Of a stretch of DNA of 29,037 bases, positions 22,235 to 29,037 are shown piece by piece (the stretch's first letter is position 1; every line of letters starts with the position of its first letter). The position numbers and the translations under genes were made by a program. Origin of the DNA: Octopus sinensis. Taxonomy: Eukaryota. Where the stretch lies: NCBI RefSeq assembly GCF_006345805.1, contig NW_021832937.1, positions 1 through 29,037 on the forward strand, written 5' to 3'. The notes beneath the pieces are model-generated. The model saw only the letters and a program-made list of their open reading frames with translations, ran no database searches and had not been told where the DNA came from.

Positions 22235-22410
22235 TTGTTTTAGTCGAACGAATCGTCCCCAGTTATTTATTTTGTAACGCCTGGTACTTAATCTATCGGC
22301 CTCTTACAGCGGACCTCTAAACTCCGGGGTTATGAACAAGCCAACAGCGGTTGTTAAGCAGTAGTGGAGGATAAACACGGACGCAAAGACACGCACATAT
22401 GATGCGTATA
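22235..22410 (-). mobile_element. SINE family A 3' fragment, degraded
   Basis: TTTAGTCGAACGAATCGTCCCCAG...GGTACTTAATCTATCGG...ACAGCGGTTGTTAAGCA resembles 9180-9300. Confidence 0.7.
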
Positions 22411-22480
22411 TTATATTTTTGCTTCGTTGCTTGTTTGGTGAAAACCTGTAACTTAGCATGTTCACATTGTTGACAAATAC

Positions 22481-22636
22481 TTACCTACCTACATACCTAC
22501 CTACCTACCTACCTACCTACCTACCTACCTACCTACCTACCTACCTACCTACCTACCTACATACCTACCTACCTACCTACCTACATACATACATACATAC
22601 AGACAGACACATACATATACATACATACATATATAC

Positions 22637-22669
<33 letters not shown>

Positions 22670-22824
22670 TATATATATTCTTTTATTCATTTTAGCTGCG
22701 GTCATGCTGGAGCAACTCCGTGGACGTGGTGCATCGGCCGGGAAACGGACCTGGAGGCCAACCGTGTAGCAGATATATATTTATATATATAATATATACA
22801 ATTTAATATGATATATGTACATAC

Positions 22825-22918
<94 letters not shown>

Positions 22919-22930
22919 ATATATGTATAT
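22481..22930. repeat. (CCTA)n/(CATA)n and (TA)n microsatellites
   Basis: Directly visible; two tracts separated by about 140 bp of other sequence. Confidence 0.95.
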
Positions 22931-23602
22931 GTATATGTATTTATCTTTGTCTCTCTCTCCCTCTCTCTATATAGATATGTATAGACACACATACAGATGC
23001 GCGCGCGCACACACATACATATATATAATAAAATATAATATACGCATCATATGTGTTATATATGTGAGTGCCTGAGAAGTGTTTGCGTGTAATATCAAAA
23101 CGAGATATGGGTGTGTGGGTACGCATGTGTTCGTATATGTATGCGTATTATAGGTATGTTTATGTGTTAGTATGTGTATATGTACACGTCTCTGTGTGTG
23201 CGTGTGTGTGCGTGTTCGTTCAAGAATACCAATAAGACAAGTAATTTAAATCTGATTAGATAATCTAGTAATCCCCAATTAAAACAATGTTTCGCCCCAG
23301 ACAGTCCAAAATACTGATATTCAGAACTTGTTACGTCATATCTAATCAAATACTACTCTTATGACCGCTTCTAGACACAAAAATTAAGACAGATTTTTAA
23401 TTAATTCAATATTGCGTGATGTAATTTCTTCCGTCCTAATTTTCTTTCTCTCTCGCTCTCTCTTTGGTCACCCTTTTTTTTTTCTAACTTTCGTTCTTAA
23501 TCTCTCTCTACTCTCTTCAGAAAACTCTTTCCCAATTTATCTGATCCTCGCCGTTCTTTCTGACCCTCTTCACGCATTCAGTTACTCTATTTCGTTTTCT
23601 CT

Positions 23603-23663
<61 letters not shown>

Positions 23664-23787
23664 GCTCTCTTTTTTACTATCCGGATTTTCTCATGCACTA
23701 TTGTTACTCAGTCTACTTACCAACTTACTTATCACTCCATCCATGCATAAGTATGCGCGCGCGCGCGCGTGTGTGTGCATATAGATA

Positions 23788-25070
<1,283 letters not shown>

Positions 25071-25100
25071 ATATATATATATGTATGTATATATACCCTC

Positions 25101-25287
25101 ACGAGGGGTAAAAGAAAATACAGGAGAATCAGTTAATCATAAATTTATTCAACGTATTCTCCTCTCAGTTTCACACACTTATTTCAGCGATCCTTCAGTT
25201 TTTCTGAGCCCTGTAAAAGAACTCAGAAAGTTGGGCCTCCAACTAGGCCTTTCTCGATACTCTTAAGGCCTGGAACTTTTCAACACC
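25101..25287 (-). mobile_element. mariner-derived MITE remnant
   Basis: Begins GGTGTTGAAAAGTTCCAGGC (TIR-like), retains the transposase C-terminal tail (LEAQ.SEFF...RGEYVE), and ends ..CCCCTCGT. Confidence 0.7.
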
Positions 25288-25448
25288 TATATATTTTTCT
25301 CATATATATATATGAGAAAAAAACCATCTTTTATCAATTCAAAAAGAAAAATTAAATTACACCATCTAGAAAATTACATATAATAGAAATATTAAATATA
25401 TGATAAAAAATATAACGATGATTAAGTAATGAGCAAAATAATAAATAA

Positions 25449-25550
25449 AACGACACGTGTTTCGTGGCTATATTTAAAAAATGATTAGAGTAAAAATATT
25501 AGTAGAAGTAGTAAAATCACTTCAATATAAATATAGCCACTCATCAGGTT
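25449..25550 (-). ncRNA. type I hammerhead ribozyme, canonical core, palindromic stem III
   Basis: Minus strand: AAC-CUGAUGA-GUGGCUAUAUUUA-[51 nt]-UAAAUAUAGCCAC-GAA-ACACGUGU-C-GUU. All core nucleotides present, perfect 13-bp stem II, self-complementary stem III, GUC cleavage triplet (cut between 25452 and 25451), 3-bp stem I. Confidence 0.9.
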
Positions 25551-25630
25551 AAATATAATTACAATAATAAAATAATTCATTAATAAATATACGTAAATAA
25601 TCTTTTGAAATATAAATATATTCTTTAAAA

Positions 25631-25744
<114 letters not shown>

Positions 25745-25902
25745 ATAAGATACAAAATATACATTAAGTGAAAACTAAATACAACACTTTAAACTATATA
25801 CATTAAAAAAATTTATTAATTAATATATTTATTTAATAAACATCCAAATAATGTCTAATACCCCTTACGCAATTAATACTTAAAAGCTTAATGTTAATTA
25901 AA

Positions 25903-27264
25903 ATACACAATGCTAGTACAAGCCATACATACTGGAATCAAAAATAGGAAATAGTTCAAATATACACAAACCCATTATATAAACTAACTAAATTATTAAA
26001 ATATATGTAGTATCTATAGATTTCATATTTCACTCAATAATATATTTGACCGAAATATTAATTAATATAAAAACTAATTTACTTAAATGTAATACTAGTT
26101 GATAAATATACCACCTAATTATTAAATAATGTATTGTCAAACAAAATTAATTCTCAAATTAAATTATATTTAATACGTTAAATCCCTTTATAAAAGTAAT
26201 AATAAAGCATTCTAAATAAATAGATATAATAATTAATAACTATCATAAGTTATAACTATCAATAAAATATATATAAAAATAATAATATTCCAACAACAAC
26301 AACAACAATAATAACAACAATAATAATAACAATGATAATAATCAAACCCAATATAATTCAAAAGCCAAGTAATATTTATAAACAAAAACCGTTACTTAGC
26401 TTCTCGATGAAAATAATATAACTGAATTAGAAACGTAAAAAATATATAGGTCTTAGTATTTATAAAAATTAAACGCGTGAAGACTTTGTATAAACAAATA
26501 GAATAAATTATCAATGAAAATGGCGAAAACTATTTACTAATGAAAAATACGTAAAAGCTCTAAGCCCCATGAATTAACTAAAGGTAAGAAAAATAGTAGA
26601 ACAAATGAACAATACACTATGAAGATATTCAGTACAACCGACAGTCCACTACAAACCCAGTCAATAACTATAATGATAATAACAATCAATCCCAATATAA
26701 TACAAACTCCAAATAATATTGATAAACAAATAACGTTACTAAGCTTATCGATTAAAATAATATAACAGGATTTTAAATGTATAAAAATAGGTCTTAGCGT
26801 CTTAATAAATATACACAATACTAGTACAAGCCATAAATACTGGAATCAAAAATAGGAAATAGTTCAAATATACACAAACTCATTATATAAACTAACTAAA
26901 TTATTAATATATATGTAGTATCTATAGATTTAATATTTCACTCAATAATATAGTTGACCGAAATATTAATTAATATAAAAACTAATTTACTTAAATGTAA
27001 TACTACGTGATAAAATACCACCTAATTATTAAATAATGTATAGTCTAACAAAACTAATTCTCAAATTAAATTATATATAATACGTTAAATCTCTTTATAA
27101 AAATAATACTAAATCATATTAAATAAATAGATATCATAACTAATAACGATCGTAACTAATAACTATCAAGAACCTATAAATAAAAATAATAATATTTCAA
27201 CAACACCACCACCGTCACCACCACCACCACCACCACCAACAACAACAACAATAATATAATAATA

Positions 27265-27321
<57 letters not shown>

Positions 27322-27325
27322 GTGA

Positions 27326-27405
<80 letters not shown>

Positions 27406-27995
27406 TAGTAATAATCAAACCCAAAACGATTCAAAATCCAAATAATATTGATAAGCAAAAAACGTTACTTAGCTTGTCGATGGAAAAAATATAACTGAAT
27501 TTTAAACGTAAAAAAATAGTTCATAGCGTTTATAAAAATTAAATGCGTGAAGACTTTGTGTAAACAAATAGCATAAATTATCAATGAAAATGGCGAAAAG
27601 TATCAATGAAAAATACGAAAACATCTAAAGAAAGGTGAGAAAAATAGTACAAATTAACAATTTACCATGAAGACATCCAACTACAACTGACAGCCCACTA
27701 TTAATTAATTCAATAACAATAACAACAACAATCAATCCCAATACAATACAAAATCCAAACAATATTGATAAACAAACAACGTTACTTAGTTTGCTGAGAA
27801 TATGATATAACTGGATACTAAACGTTAAAGAATAGTTCTTAGCGTTTATAAGAAATTAAACGCGTGAAGATGTTGTGTAAATAAATAGAATAAATTATCA
27901 ATGAAAATGACGAAAAGTATTTATTAATGAAAAATACGAAGACTATTTAAGCTTCATGAATCAAATAAAAGTAATAAAAATAGGATAACAAGTAT
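25903..27995. repeat. nested tandem duplication: ~908-bp unit x2 containing a ~320-345-bp subunit x4
   Basis: ATACACAAT(G/A)CTAGTACAAGCC at 25903 and 26811 (3 substitutions in the first 78 bp). The subunit ATCAA(A/T)CCCAA...GTTACT(T/A)AG starts near 26341, 26685, 27415 and 27730. Confidence 0.92.
27198..27412. repeat. compound (CAC)(CAA)(GAT)n(AAT)n microsatellite
   Basis: Directly visible. Confidence 0.97.
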
Positions 27996-28513
27996 TGCTT
28001 GTTTATCAATACTACCCAGACCCTACATCACACTGTATCCGACTATTATTATTATTACCATCATTTCTACTAACCCAATCTACAACAAACCGTCAGCTAC
28101 AGCCAAATGTATTCACAGCCGATTGCCTCCCTACCACCCCATCCCTCCCACCTCTCTCCAACTCACGAAGCCCAAACACATCTCACACTCACCATCAACA
28201 AATAGTTTTCGTCATTTTGTTTAAGATATTAATATAGCATATAATAATATAATAAATTATACTCTAATACTATTAAATAATTTCTACAATGAATAAATAA
28301 CATAAGACGAAATAAGGTTTAATACATACTGAAAGATAAGTTAAATGTATTATATAGGTACATAAAATTATTATAGTATTTAATTTTAAATGACTATTTA
28401 CTATAAATTTTAAGTGTAAATAATAAGTAAACTAAATATATATATATTATATTTAAATAAATTTATATTACTATAATAAATATATCTTTAAAATTTATAT
28501 AATTATTTATTTA

Positions 28514-29037
28514 TTAGCTAAATCTATTATATAGGTAATTTAATTTATGTTTACATTTAATTTTACGTTCCTCCAATGAGTTTACTAACGCATAATTATT
28601 ATTAAATAATATTTCTTTAAATTCTTAATTACACAGTGAACAATAATTACTCCCTATAGAATATGATTTAGCCCTACAAATAATCTCCCAATTTAATTCA
28701 TATTTAATGGATCTAGATTTAAATGTCCAAATATATTTACTGAGACCGTTGAATTTATAAGATTTTTTTCTAAAAGAATACATATGTTGAGATACTCTAG
28801 ATTTAATTTATTCGAAGTGGACCCTATACAAATAGTATTTAAATTATGATATTCAAATTCTTATCATCTATTATAGTTACCATACACTTATAGACTACAT
28901 TATCTAAATTACAATTATTATTAAATTGTCATGTAGTCTTATCCTACATGTCCAATAAATTAAATCTTGGTCTTTATTATTATTATTATTGGAATCAATA
29001 TTTAATCTGTCTTTATAGATTTCTTTAATTTAAATAT
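28514..29037 (-). pseudogene. Penelope-like element ORF C-terminus: Zn-finger linker plus GIY-YIG endonuclease, truncated by the window edge
   Basis: Minus strand, across frameshifts: CRI.TT*QFNNNCNLDNVVYKC...ICIGSTSNKL.RVSQHMYSFR...LSKYIWTFK...YELNWEII..AKSY...CSLC..E...L.NS.EE..IKCKH, stop at 28514-28516. This matches the PLE pattern CxCR..CP...C..NVVY / YIG.T / R..QH..SF / LSKYIW / W.I / C.LC / C.H. Confidence 0.88.

Noticed and set aside
26537-26818. Hydrophobic minus-strand ORF resembling a mitochondrial ND subunit (NUMT)
   Set aside because: It lies inside a 4-copy tandem subunit with indels between copies; hydrophobicity follows from T/G strand bias; no recognisable ND motif, tRNA or rRNA is adjacent.
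25903-27995. CRISPR-like array or additional hammerheads in the tandem units
   Set aside because: Eukaryotic context with whole-unit duplication and no repeat-spacer pattern; the AAACGCGTG motifs lack CUGAnGA, GAAA and a valid NUH.

Overview
AT-rich, microsatellite-dense eukaryotic DNA dominated by transposon relics. The SINE and MITE families look like those I recognise from octopus (coleoid cephalopod) genomes; this taxon call comes from recognition, not a database search. Supported features: four Tc1/mariner transposase pseudogenes or fragments (two near full length with both TIRs), R4/Dong-like LINE 3' fragments, about 9 tRNA-type SINE copies, several MITE/fold-back elements, and a Penelope-like element (PLE) GIY-YIG endonuclease remnant running off the right edge. 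The most notable signals, absent from the ORF track, are two minus-strand type I hammerhead ribozyme motifs with palindromic stem III (25449-25550, fully canonical core; 11325-11385, near canonical). The first lies about 3 kb downstream of the PLE endonuclease on the same strand, beyond a nested tandem duplication and a G-quadruplex motif. Two long fold-backs also carry partial hammerhead-like motifs. A low-confidence, phase-compatible chain of small + strand exons may belong to an unidentified host gene. Most ORFs in the supplied track are microsatellite translation artefacts.
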